A DNA stretch of 24,000 bases from Prochlorococcus sp. MIT 1223 (GTDB lineage Bacteria > Cyanobacteriota > Cyanobacteriia > PCC-6307 > Cyanobiaceae). Positions 14,702 through 22,939 of this stretch are shown in pieces (position 1 is the first letter of the stretch; each line of letters opens with the position of its first letter). Both the position numbers and the translations under genes were made by a program. The stretch spans positions 686,865-710,864 of the forward strand of contig NZ_CP139303.1 in NCBI RefSeq assembly GCF_034092465.1, in the 5' to 3' direction. Under the pieces are notes generated by a model. That model had not been told where the DNA came from and made no database searches. It saw only the letters and a list, made by a program, of their open reading frames with translations.

Positions 14702-15025
14702 AATATCAAAAATCCTTTGTTTTTAATGTTTTATGAGGTATTTTATAAATACTTATAGTTTTATTTTGATTGGTAATATATAAATTTATATTTTTTTAAA
14801 ATAATTAAAATTAATATAGGTAAAACTTTAAATCAAATAAATAATTAACTTTAAATGGCTTTAAAATGATGCTTAATTCGATTAAACCATTGGTTAGAAA
14901 GGAGCCATTGTGAATCAACAAAAAAATGAGACCTATAGTTGTATAAAAAAAAATAGCCTAAAGAAGATAATCTCGGTCTAATTGATCAAATTTGGACTAA
15001 TATATATCTGATTTTCAACCATACA

Positions 15026-15547
15026 ATGACAGTAGGAATCTACTTTGCTACAACAACAGGCAAAACTGAGGATATAGCTGAAAGGCTTCACGGCTTACTT
15101 GACTCAGCAGATGCTCCAAAGGATATTTCTGACGTTGATGACCTAAGTGAATTTGGTGGTCACGATGGAATTATTTGCGGAATTCCTACCTGGAACACCG
15201 GTGCTGATTCAGAAAGATCTGGCACTGCCTGGGATTCAATTCTTGAAGATATTGGAGAATTAGATCTTGGAGGAAAAAAAGTTGCGATTTTTGGACTAGG
15301 TGACTCCTCTACTTACACAGAAAACTACTGTGATGCGATGGAAGAACTTCACAGGTACTTCAAGCAAGCTGGCGCCACAATGGTTGGATATGTCAGTAAA
15401 GGTGACTATACATTTGACGAGTCAAAAAGTGTCGTAGGAGAAGATTTCTGCGGCCTGCCTCTAGATGAGGACAGCGAATCAGACATGACTGATTCACGAA
15501 TTGCTACTTGGGCAGAAAAGTTAAAGCAAGAAATCCCAGGACTTTAA
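15026..15547 (+). CDS. isiB: Long-chain flavodoxin
   Basis: 173 aa. The FMN-binding N-terminus GIYFATTTGKTEDIAE, plus GIPTWNTG and FGLGDS..Y..N(Y)CDA, is a classic cyanobacterial IsiB. Confidence 0.93.
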   Translation: MTVGIYFATTTGKTEDIAERLHGLLDSADAPKDISDVDDLSEFGGHDGIICGIPTWNTGADSERSGTAWDSILEDIGELDLGGKKVAIFGLGDSSTYTENYCDAMEELHRYFKQAGATMVGYVSKGDYTFDESKSVVGEDFCGLPLDEDSESDMTDSRIATWAEKLKQEIPGL

Positions 15548-15603
15548 AGGGACATAAAGCTATAAAGGGTATTTAACTTTTATAGCTTCTATCATTCTTG
15601 AAA

Positions 15604-15647
15604 AAATAGTTTCTCTCCTTTAACGCCTTAAGGGAGAGGAACTATTT
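15604..15647 (+). terminator. 20-bp stem (two G-U wobbles, CGCC tetraloop) downstream of isiB; plus-strand-specific terminator or stable RNA end
   Basis: 15604-15623 pairs with 15628-15647, checked base by base. The two non-Watson-Crick positions are U-G on the plus transcript but would be A-C mismatches on the minus transcript. Followed by TCATATTTT. A weaker AT-rich 10-bp hairpin precedes it at 15557-15587. Confidence 0.65.
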
Positions 15648-15699
15648 CATATTTTCAGAAACCAAGACAATTGGACTAAAATGTCTTAAGGTTTTCTTT

Positions 15700-15939
15700 A
15701 TGAACTCAAGACAGTCTTCTGGGGATGAGGTTTTATTCCCGGTAACCATTTCGATAAAAGCTGGAACAGCTAAGCTTTTATCGCAAATGGCTATGGATAT
15801 GGGGATTAGCATCGACGATGTATTGAGCGTCTTAGCCGAAGATGCAGCTATTGACCTCGAAAATGATCTACCATATTTCCATAAAGATTCAATTCCAGAT
15901 AAATGCAGTAAAGATGACTTACTAAAAGCCCTTGAATAA
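15700..15939 (+). CDS. Hypothetical 79-aa acidic protein, possibly ribbon-helix-helix-like
   Basis: ORF-track ORF. VTISIKAGTAKLLSQMAMDMGISIDDVLSVLAEDA has a strand-helix-helix pattern by eye only. Confidence 0.5.
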   Translation: MNSRQSSGDEVLFPVTISIKAGTAKLLSQMAMDMGISIDDVLSVLAEDAAIDLENDLPYFHKDSIPDKCSKDDLLKALE

Positions 15940-15995
15940 TAAAAAATAAGAAGACAAACTATTAAAATTATTTTGTAGCGAACAACAAAACACTT

Positions 15996-17828
15996 CTAAA
16001 GTCTCTCAGGTCTTGGATTTTGCCAATCTGCATTAACTCCTTGATTCTGCAATTCTTTAGCACGAAGATCTAGATCTCTTCTATTTAATCTCCAAACTTT
16101 ATATACACTAAACTCCCCAAGCAATTCTGGATTCAGGTCTTTCCAGTGATTATAATCACTCGTTTGCTTATCAATTACCATCAAAAATGTATTTTCATTA
16201 CCACCTGGTTCTCTAGGAGATCCTTCCCAACTATCCCTTTTCTCAATAGATAATCTTTCAGAAAGATTAACTAATGCCACAACATCATTTGATTCATAAA
16301 GAACTACTTTATTAATATAAAAATGAATTGATGGCTTATTAATTCCAACCATTGCTACAGCTTCATAAGTTTTTTTGCTGGACTTTATCAACTCAGAAAC
16401 TTGACGTAAAGGCAGTTGTCTCAAATAATCTCCGGTTTTCCACATTGGATTTATTATGTATAGTTGAAAAATAAATAATGGTATTTGTATTAAAAGTAAT
16501 CTGCCATTTTTGAATCTTAATCCTATTAATATTGCAGCAATAGATGAGAAAAAGAGGAGATTAAAAGCCTTTTTCCCAATTGCAATATCAATCAAAGTCT
16601 CTCCTAAATTTGGCATTTCTGGGTCATTAATAAATTCCACCCAAATTGGCAGGAGTAAAAGAACTAAAGAAATAAAAATACAAATCGTACATGTCAATAT
16701 CCAAAGTAGATTTTGAGACTTTGACTTGTTTTCTTTATTTATAGAGTAATGTGCTATTAATATTGAAGCTGCAGGGGTAGCTGGCAACCAATAACTAGGT
16801 AACTTAGTAGCGGCAAATGTGAATAATATAAAAACAGAGATAAGCCAACAAAAAGCAAAGTTGGTTAAAGATTCCTCTGGTATAGGAATGGATCTTTTAT
16901 CTAATCTAATAATATTCTTTAATTCTTTATACAGGCTAAATAGTAAAAAGGAAGAGAAAGGTAATGAACCAATTACAAGAATTAAGCAAAAAAACCACCA
17001 CGGTTGCTGATGACTATTTACAACAGAAGTAAATCTTTGAAAATTATGATAACCAAAAAAACTTTCTCCAAAAGATTTACCTTCTATTAATAGTTCTAGT
17101 AGGTACCAAGGAGAACTTAAAACCAAAGTTAGTAAAATTCCCTTGATAGGTTTTATTCGATTAATTAATCGTCCATAATCATTTTGAAATAATCCAAAGA
17201 AAAAAAGCACCATTCCAGTAAGAACTACTGCTACTGGTCCCTTAGCAAGAACTGCCAAAGATAAAAATATCCATGCTGACCACCAATTTTGATTACAGGG
17301 ATTTGAATATCTTTTCCATTGCAAAAGCAAATTAATTCCAAGAGTGCTACAAAGAAGTGCATCGCTTACAGCAATTCGACTCCAAATTAAAACTAAAGGT
17401 GAAAGGGCAAAAGCAAGTGAACCTATAAGAGCAGTTCTACGCGGATAAAGATCAAATTTTAATGGATTTAGTATTAATATTTTGCCTATTGCAAGCATCA
17501 TCAATAGTGAAGAGAATGCTGAGGGGAATCGAGCAGACCAAGTCCCAAGGGGATCCCATATATCTTGAAAAGGTAGTGCATAAATTATTCCCATCAACCA
17601 ATAAATTAATGGGGGCTTATCAAAACGAGGCAAGCCATTAACTCTTGGTGTAAGCCAATCCCCAGTGATATGCATAGCCCTTCCCGCTGCTGCAAATAAA
17701 GGAGGAGTTTCATCAAATAAGCCTGTAGAACCTAACTCCCAAAAAAATAAAATAATTCCTATGAAAAGAATAAATAGTAATCCTCTTTTTCTTGATTTAT
17801 TTTCCAAGTAAATTCTTTCTTCTTCCAT
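15996..17828 (-). CDS. Polytopic membrane glycosyltransferase, family 39 (ArnT/PMT-like)
   Basis: 610 aa with ~12 or more hydrophobic segments. The N-terminal loop motif FDETPPLFAAAGRAM...RFDKPPLIYWLMG is typical of GT39/ArnT-type enzymes. Confidence 0.75.
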   Translation of the reverse strand: MEEERIYLENKSRKRGLLFILFIGIILFFWELGSTGLFDETPPLFAAAGRAMHITGDWLTPRVNGLPRFDKPPLIYWLMGIIYALPFQDIWDPLGTWSARFPSAFSSLLMMLAIGKILILNPLKFDLYPRRTALIGSLAFALSPLVLIWSRIAVSDALLCSTLGINLLLQWKRYSNPCNQNWWSAWIFLSLAVLAKGPVAVVLTGMVLFFFGLFQNDYGRLINRIKPIKGILLTLVLSSPWYLLELLIEGKSFGESFFGYHNFQRFTSVVNSHQQPWWFFCLILVIGSLPFSSFLLFSLYKELKNIIRLDKRSIPIPEESLTNFAFCWLISVFILFTFAATKLPSYWLPATPAASILIAHYSINKENKSKSQNLLWILTCTICIFISLVLLLLPIWVEFINDPEMPNLGETLIDIAIGKKAFNLLFFSSIAAILIGLRFKNGRLLLIQIPLFIFQLYIINPMWKTGDYLRQLPLRQVSELIKSSKKTYEAVAMVGINKPSIHFYINKVVLYESNDVVALVNLSERLSIEKRDSWEGSPREPGGNENTFLMVIDKQTSDYNHWKDLNPELLGEFSVYKVWRLNRRDLDLRAKELQNQGVNADWQNPRPERL

Positions 17829-18938
17829 TTAAGTAGATTGATAGTTATTTAAATCTTCAGACAAGCCTTCTAAAATCCACTTCTCTATTTTCTTTGCGAA
17901 AACCTCTTTTGATGCAGATTTTTCTACCCAAAGCCTACAATTTCTCCGATCAATTGAATTAACTTTAGATACTGAAAGTATCATTGAATCAATATCATCA
18001 GGTGGAACCAAAAAACCATTAAAACCTTGATCTATTAATTCGCCTGGTCCACCTCTATCATATGAAACCACTGGAACTCCGCAAGCCATAGCCTCAATAA
18101 GAACATTTCCATAGGCTTCTTTCCATTTAGGAGTATTTATTAATGCTCTACAAGTACCAATCTCTTTTTGCAAAGAATCAGTTGAAAGAAAACCTCTATA
18201 ATTAATTATCTTTTTAGGGAATAATGAGTTAACTCTATCCGCATAATTTTTATCCTCCATTAATCCCCAAACTAAAAGTTTTTCACCAAGTGCTTCCGCT
18301 ACTCGTACCGCATCTTCTAGACCTTTTTCTGGAGCAACTCGCCCAATCCAACCAAGAGGTCCTTCTGTTTTAGATTGAAATTTATATCGAGCTAAATCAA
18401 ATCCATTACCCACAATGGTTGGATGATCTTCTAGTTCGTAATCTGAAGCTTGACGACTAGAATGAAAAGCCAATCTATGTAAATGAGTTTTTGATAAGTC
18501 TTTAATAATATTTTTCATTACATCAGATTCGTTACTCATACTTATTAAATGAAAAATCTTTAGATCTACAAAGCGCGTAATCCACAAAGGAAGCCAATCA
18601 TATCCAAAATTCAAGATAGCATCTGAATTGTGAGCTATTTCAAAAGTTTTTTCCCACAATTTCGGCAAAACACCACCTAAGGGGATCTCAATTGGTCCTT
18701 CTTTTTGTTGATGTTGCCAACTTAATTGATCTCTGCCTATCACATATTTAATTTCGACACCCAAGCAATCTGATGGTAAATAAGATTTTTCAGGTGCTAC
18801 TAAAGTTACTTTATGGCCTAAGGAAATAAGTCCTCTTATCAATGAGATTAATGTAAGTTCAACTCCTCCTCCTTTGCCACTCCCTATGTAGCCTATTGGA
18901 GTACTAACTAAAACTATATTTAAAGACTTTGAGTTCAT
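17829..18938 (-). CDS. Glycosyltransferase family 1 (GT-B fold, GT4-like)
   Basis: 369 aa. N-terminal GG.....L...L...GH.V and a C-terminal E.YG.V.IEAMACG.PVV......G..E.I..G.NG motif. Its stop abuts the GT39 start (17829/17828). Confidence 0.8.
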   Translation of the reverse strand: MNSKSLNIVLVSTPIGYIGSGKGGGVELTLISLIRGLISLGHKVTLVAPEKSYLPSDCLGVEIKYVIGRDQLSWQHQQKEGPIEIPLGGVLPKLWEKTFEIAHNSDAILNFGYDWLPLWITRFVDLKIFHLISMSNESDVMKNIIKDLSKTHLHRLAFHSSRQASDYELEDHPTIVGNGFDLARYKFQSKTEGPLGWIGRVAPEKGLEDAVRVAEALGEKLLVWGLMEDKNYADRVNSLFPKKIINYRGFLSTDSLQKEIGTCRALINTPKWKEAYGNVLIEAMACGVPVVSYDRGGPGELIDQGFNGFLVPPDDIDSMILSVSKVNSIDRRNCRLWVEKSASKEVFAKKIEKWILEGLSEDLNNYQST

Positions 18939-19930
18939 TAAGTAATACCTTCTTCTAAAGATTTATCCAAAGAAGCTTGTTTTCCCCAAAAACGATTTCT
19001 CTGGCTTACTAAAAGAACTGAAATAAATATCATCACGACACCTACCCATTGTAAAAGTTCAAGCCTTTCTCCTAGCCAAATCCCTCCTGTAAAAAGAGCA
19101 AATACAGGTGTTAAGAAAGCTAAAGTACTAAAACTAGTAAGCTCTAATTGATTCGCAAACCAGAAAAACAAACCATACGCAAGAGCACTACCAAATAAAC
19201 TTGCGTAAAGCATCAATAGCCAGTCGAAAGAAGTCCAATCAGGCCAAATAGACCCAACAGTATTAAAAGAATGCCAAGCAATTATTGGCAAACTTCCTAA
19301 AGCCATATGCCAACCAGTAACAGCAACTGGATCACTTTCTTTACATGCAAACCTAATTAGAACTGTTCCTAAAGCCATAGCCAATGCCGCAGCAAGCATC
19401 CAAAGCTCTCCATGACTCAATAAAATTCCATCCGAAACAGCATTACCTAGCAACAACCAATGATTAAGAAAATTTGCAGGCACTCCTAAGCAAATAATCC
19501 CAGCCAAGCCAAGAATTAACCCTATCCATCCAATAGGGTTAATTAAATCACCAAAAATTGCCCTCGCCAAAAGAGCGACCATTAATGGCTGAGAATCAAT
19601 TAAAACCGATCCAAGGCCAGCACCAGTTTGAGAAAGTCCTTTAGCTAAAAAAATCTGAAATAGACTTGCATCAACGAGAGTAAAAACTAAAAACCAAAAC
19701 AAATCTCCTTTAGAAATAATTATTTTTCTTTTTAAAATTACAGCGGCAAAAATCACCAATAGACCTGCAGGCAGAAGTCTGAGAAAAGCTACTATTTCTG
19801 GGCCTCCGGAATTTACCAATGGGGCCATTGCGGCCATAGAAGTGCCCCATAATGCAAATGGGAGGACCATCAAAAACCAGCGCCAAATTACAAACATGAG
19901 GTCATATGGCAAACTCCTTTTTAAGATCAA
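18938..19930 (-). CDS. EamA/DMT-superfamily transporter (10 TM)
   Basis: 330 aa with two EamA-like halves. TAATG 1-nt overlap with the GT1 start at 18938. The start is uncertain: Met12 at 19897 is an alternative, because the annotated start lies only 20 bp from the divergent sppA start. Confidence 0.75.
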   Translation of the reverse strand: MILKRSLPYDLMFVIWRWFLMVLPFALWGTSMAAMAPLVNSGGPEIVAFLRLLPAGLLVIFAAVILKRKIIISKGDLFWFLVFTLVDASLFQIFLAKGLSQTGAGLGSVLIDSQPLMVALLARAIFGDLINPIGWIGLILGLAGIICLGVPANFLNHWLLLGNAVSDGILLSHGELWMLAAALAMALGTVLIRFACKESDPVAVTGWHMALGSLPIIAWHSFNTVGSIWPDWTSFDWLLMLYASLFGSALAYGLFFWFANQLELTSFSTLAFLTPVFALFTGGIWLGERLELLQWVGVVMIFISVLLVSQRNRFWGKQASLDKSLEEGIT

Positions 19931-19950
19931 AATAAATTTGCATAAGTTGA

Positions 19951-20760
19951 ATGATCTGGCCTTTTAGAAGAAAATCAAAAAGAAGGATGGCACGGATCAT
20001 CATTGAAGGAGCCATCAATGGTGCAACACGTAAGCTAGTCCTTAAAGCTATTAAGCAGGTCGAGGAAAGAGAGTTCCCTGCACTATTGCTTAGAATAGAT
20101 AGTCCTGGGGGCACTGTTGGGGATAGCCAGGAAATTCACAAGGCTCTGCTAAGGCTTAGAGAAAAAGGCTGTCGAGTGGTAGCAAGTTTTGGGAATATAT
20201 CAGCTTCTGGAGGCGTTTACGTGGGAGTTGGAGCAGAGAAAATAGTTGCCAATCCTGGAACCATTACTGGCTCAATCGGTGTAATTCTAAGAGGTAATAA
20301 TCTGTCAAAGTTGCTTGAAAGAATAGGTATCCGCTTTGAAACAATAAAAAGTGGCACTTATAAAGATATTCTCTCGCCAGATCGTCCACTAACAGAAGAA
20401 GAAAGGGGATTACTTCAATCCCTAATTGATAGCAGCTATGAACAATTTGTTAATGCAGTCGCCGAAGGTAGAAACCTAAAGCCGGAAGAAGTGAAAAAAT
20501 TTGCAGATGGAAGAGTTTTCACTGGAAGTCAGGCTAAGGATCTTGGATTAGTTGATGAGATTGGCGATGAAGATCACGCAAGGATTGTCGCTGCCAATCT
20601 GGCTGAAATAGACGACAAAATTGAACCTATTACACTTGGTAAACCTAAAAAGAAAATCCTTGGATTTCTTCCAGGAAGTAGTTTTTTATTCAATTTAGCT
20701 GAACTAATAAATATGGAACTGTCATCTAATGGACAAATACTTTGGCTTTTTAAGCCTTAA
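19951..20760 (+). CDS. sppA: Signal peptide peptidase SppA, 36K type (peptidase S49)
   Basis: 269 aa with LRIDSPGG, ASGGVYV and GSIGV motifs. An alternative start is MARIIIEG at 19987. Confidence 0.88.
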   Translation: MIWPFRRKSKRRMARIIIEGAINGATRKLVLKAIKQVEEREFPALLLRIDSPGGTVGDSQEIHKALLRLREKGCRVVASFGNISASGGVYVGVGAEKIVANPGTITGSIGVILRGNNLSKLLERIGIRFETIKSGTYKDILSPDRPLTEEERGLLQSLIDSSYEQFVNAVAEGRNLKPEEVKKFADGRVFTGSQAKDLGLVDEIGDEDHARIVAANLAEIDDKIEPITLGKPKKKILGFLPGSSFLFNLAELINMELSSNGQILWLFKP

Positions 20761-20763
20761 CTT

Positions 20764-21138
20764 ATGAACAATAGTGAAACCTTAGTTCTCCAAGCTTTAA
20801 GGGGAGCTATTACATGCAGCAAAAACTCAACTGAATCAATAGCAAATGCTGTCAATGAACTTATAGATGAATTAGTCGTCAGAAATAATCTCAAGCCCGA
20901 ACAAATTGTGTCAATAACCTTTTCAGTAACTAGAGATCTTGATGCATGCTTTCCAGCTTCAATAGCTAGAAAACAACCTGGTTGGGAAAAAATCGCCTTA
21001 CTAGATTGCCAACAAATGTATGTAAAAAGTGATCTTGAAAATTGTATAAGAATTCTTGCTCATACATGGCTACCATCTGAACAAACTCCAAAACATCCTT
21101 ATCTAGGAAAAGCAACTACACTTCGTCCAGACAGATAA
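20764..21138 (+). CDS. aroH: Chorismate mutase, AroH class
   Basis: 124 aa. LRGAITC near the N-terminus, plus ITFSVT.DL.A.FPA and the overall size, match monofunctional AroH-type chorismate mutases. Confidence 0.8.
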   Translation: MNNSETLVLQALRGAITCSKNSTESIANAVNELIDELVVRNNLKPEQIVSITFSVTRDLDACFPASIARKQPGWEKIALLDCQQMYVKSDLENCIRILAHTWLPSEQTPKHPYLGKATTLRPDR

Positions 21139-21238
21139 AAAGTAATCTAAAAATGAATTAACGCTATATGAACTTAATTTTCTTTAAGTCATAGGCTGCA
21201 TACTAAACTTAATTCAAAACAACCAGAAAAATTTTAAA

Positions 21239-21823
21239 ATGCTTTCCATTAAAAAAATTTTAAGAAGAAAGAATATATTAAAGGTTGGTATAGCAGCTGG
21301 TTTACTAGTTTCTTGTTTTTATTTTGAAGCAATAAATAAACAAGAAGCTGCTATTGCCTCAGGAATGGCCGAGTTCCGCTGGGGTGGGAATGATAATTAT
21401 AAACCTCTCAAATTCCTACAAAGAGGAGATGAAAGATTAGAGCGTGCTACTTATTTTTTCTTTCTAAAAAAGAATCAAAGAAAAACTGCAATATTAAAAC
21501 TATCCTTAAAGTTTCCAGAACATTTTAAGGCAAGAATAAAACCAAAAAATATTCGAGTTTGTCAGGTTAGAGTTGGAGGCTTTACTGAAAAATCAAAGTG
21601 TTTAAAAAACGTTCCTGCCACAATTGAAATTGACAAACAAATGAAAAATATAGATATATTTCCTGATACTCCAATTCCAGCGAATAATAAAGCTTATGCA
21701 GTAGTTCTAAAAATCTTCAATCCAAGAAAAAGTGGAATGTATCAAATAAATGCTTTCTCTCAATCTCCTGGCGAACTTCCTGTTTCACTATATTTAGGAA
21801 GCTACGTTATTACGATTAAGTGA
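21239..21823 (+). CDS. Hypothetical lipoprotein or secreted protein (194 aa)
   Basis: Signal sequence with a lipobox-like LLVSC. No confident family; possibly a cyanobacterial DUF, which I cannot verify. Confidence 0.6.
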   Translation: MLSIKKILRRKNILKVGIAAGLLVSCFYFEAINKQEAAIASGMAEFRWGGNDNYKPLKFLQRGDERLERATYFFFLKKNQRKTAILKLSLKFPEHFKARIKPKNIRVCQVRVGGFTEKSKCLKNVPATIEIDKQMKNIDIFPDTPIPANNKAYAVVLKIFNPRKSGMYQINAFSQSPGELPVSLYLGSYVITIK

Positions 21824-21878
21824 ACTGGTACATTACTCTTATTAACTAGAGTCAACCTAAAGAAGACGAGAACTAAAA

Positions 21879-22016
21879 ATGACAAAAAGAACACTCGGTG
21901 GGACAAGCAGAAAAAGAAAAAGAGTTTCAGGATTCCGAGTAAGGATGAGGACTCACACTGGTAAAAGAGTTATTAGGTCTAGGCGTAAAAGAGGAAGGAC
22001 TCGCATAGCAGTTTGA
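21879..22016 (+). CDS. rpmH: 50S ribosomal protein L34 (not in the ORF track, 45 aa)
   Basis: Hand translation: [45 protein letters not shown]. This is the canonical L34 sequence, in the canonical position upstream of rnpA. Confidence 0.95.
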   Translation: MTKRTLGGTSRKRKRVSGFRVRMRTHTGKRVIRSRRKRGRTRIAV

Positions 22017-22055
22017 CAGAGTATATATTCAAATAATTTCCTCAAAAGCTATTGA

Positions 22056-22451
22056 ATGGTTCTAACGAAATCCCTAAGGCTTAGTGGCTATAAGTGTTTT
22101 GACTATTTGCATCAACAAGGTTTTAGGTTTCATGGAAAGTTAATGACACTTAGAACCGTTACTCCAAAACCAATTTTGCTAAAAAAGAAAAATCGCCAGT
22201 CCCAGTCCGCTCAAAGCAAATTTAAATGTGCAATTTCAATAAGTCATAAGGTAAGTAAGAAAGCCGTTACTAGAAATAAGCTAAGGAGACTTTTGCATGA
22301 TCATTTAAGAAATAAAATTAGTAGAATCAAAAATCAACCTAATGCTTGGGCACTTATTACTCTTAAACCTAGTAGCGCTCCATACGAAAGTCATGAATTT
22401 TTGCTAAAAGAGTGCGACAGGCTACTTTCTAAAGCGGGATTGTTTCGATGA
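22056..22451 (+). CDS. rnpA: Ribonuclease P protein component
   Basis: 131-aa basic protein immediately after rpmH, with a KAVTRNKLRR RNR-like motif. Confidence 0.85.
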   Translation: MVLTKSLRLSGYKCFDYLHQQGFRFHGKLMTLRTVTPKPILLKKKNRQSQSAQSKFKCAISISHKVSKKAVTRNKLRRLLHDHLRNKISRIKNQPNAWALITLKPSSAPYESHEFLLKECDRLLSKAGLFR

Positions 22452-22855
22452 AGAATTCTTCAGAAAAGACTTTTTATGAAGGTGGGCCCTCTAAAGCTGA
22501 TCTAATTATCAACCTTTTAGCGGGATTTACTTTAATAGGTCTTCCTTTTACTGTTGGAGCAATAGTAAGAGCTTTATGGCTTCGTTTTAAAATTACAAAT
22601 AAAAGGATTTCTGTAACTGGAGGATGGCTAGGAAGAGATAAAACGCAACTTGTTTATAGTCAAATTGCAGAAGTCAGATCAATCCCAAGAGGTCTAGGGT
22701 CTTATGGGGACATGGTTTTAGTCCTTAAAGATGGAGCAAGACTAGAAATGAGGTCAATTCCAAATTTTCGTGAAACAGAGGCATTTATTATCGGAAATTT
22801 AAAACAACCAATTAGAAAAGCTGAAGAAGAAAATGCAAAAGGCTTCTCGGCCTAA
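22448..22855 (+). CDS. Membrane protein with a bacterial PH domain (YdbS/DUF304-like)
   Basis: 135 aa. ATGA overlap with rnpA. TM hairpin LIINLLAGFTLIGLPFTVGAIVRALW, then ...YRITNKRI...-type sequence (FKITNKRISVTGG). Conserved position between rnpA and yidC in cyanobacteria. Confidence 0.7.
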   Translation: MKNSSEKTFYEGGPSKADLIINLLAGFTLIGLPFTVGAIVRALWLRFKITNKRISVTGGWLGRDKTQLVYSQIAEVRSIPRGLGSYGDMVLVLKDGARLEMRSIPNFRETEAFIIGNLKQPIRKAEEENAKGFSA

Positions 22856-22857
22856 TA

Positions 22858-22890
22858 AAATCACCAAAGAAAATACAGCTTTGGTGATTT
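22858..22890 (+). terminator. 12-bp hairpin between the PH-domain gene and yidC (terminator or attenuator)
   Basis: AAATCACCAAAG (22858-22869) / CTTTGGTGATTT (22879-22890) with a 9-nt loop. The T-rich 3' side runs into TTTTGC. Confidence 0.6.
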
Positions 22891-22939
22891 TGCTATTTCA
22901 AACTGGAATAACCACACCATCAACACTTAATAAATCATC

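Noticed and set aside
14702-15025. CTTTAAA(T) words repeated at 14826, 14849 and 14859 in the extremely AT-rich isiB upstream region
   Set aside because: Short AT-only words recur by chance in ~85% AT sequence, and the spacing is irregular. Not reported as a feature, though the region probably contains the isiB promoter and operator.
16510-17010. Two plus-strand ORFs (16510..16716 and 16819..17010) inside the GT39 gene
   Set aside because: Shadow ORFs antisense to the 610-aa membrane glycosyltransferase.
19902-20114. 70-aa minus-strand ORF overlapping the sppA start
   Set aside because: It is antisense to the conserved N-terminal part of SppA (LRIDSPGG region). No independent support.
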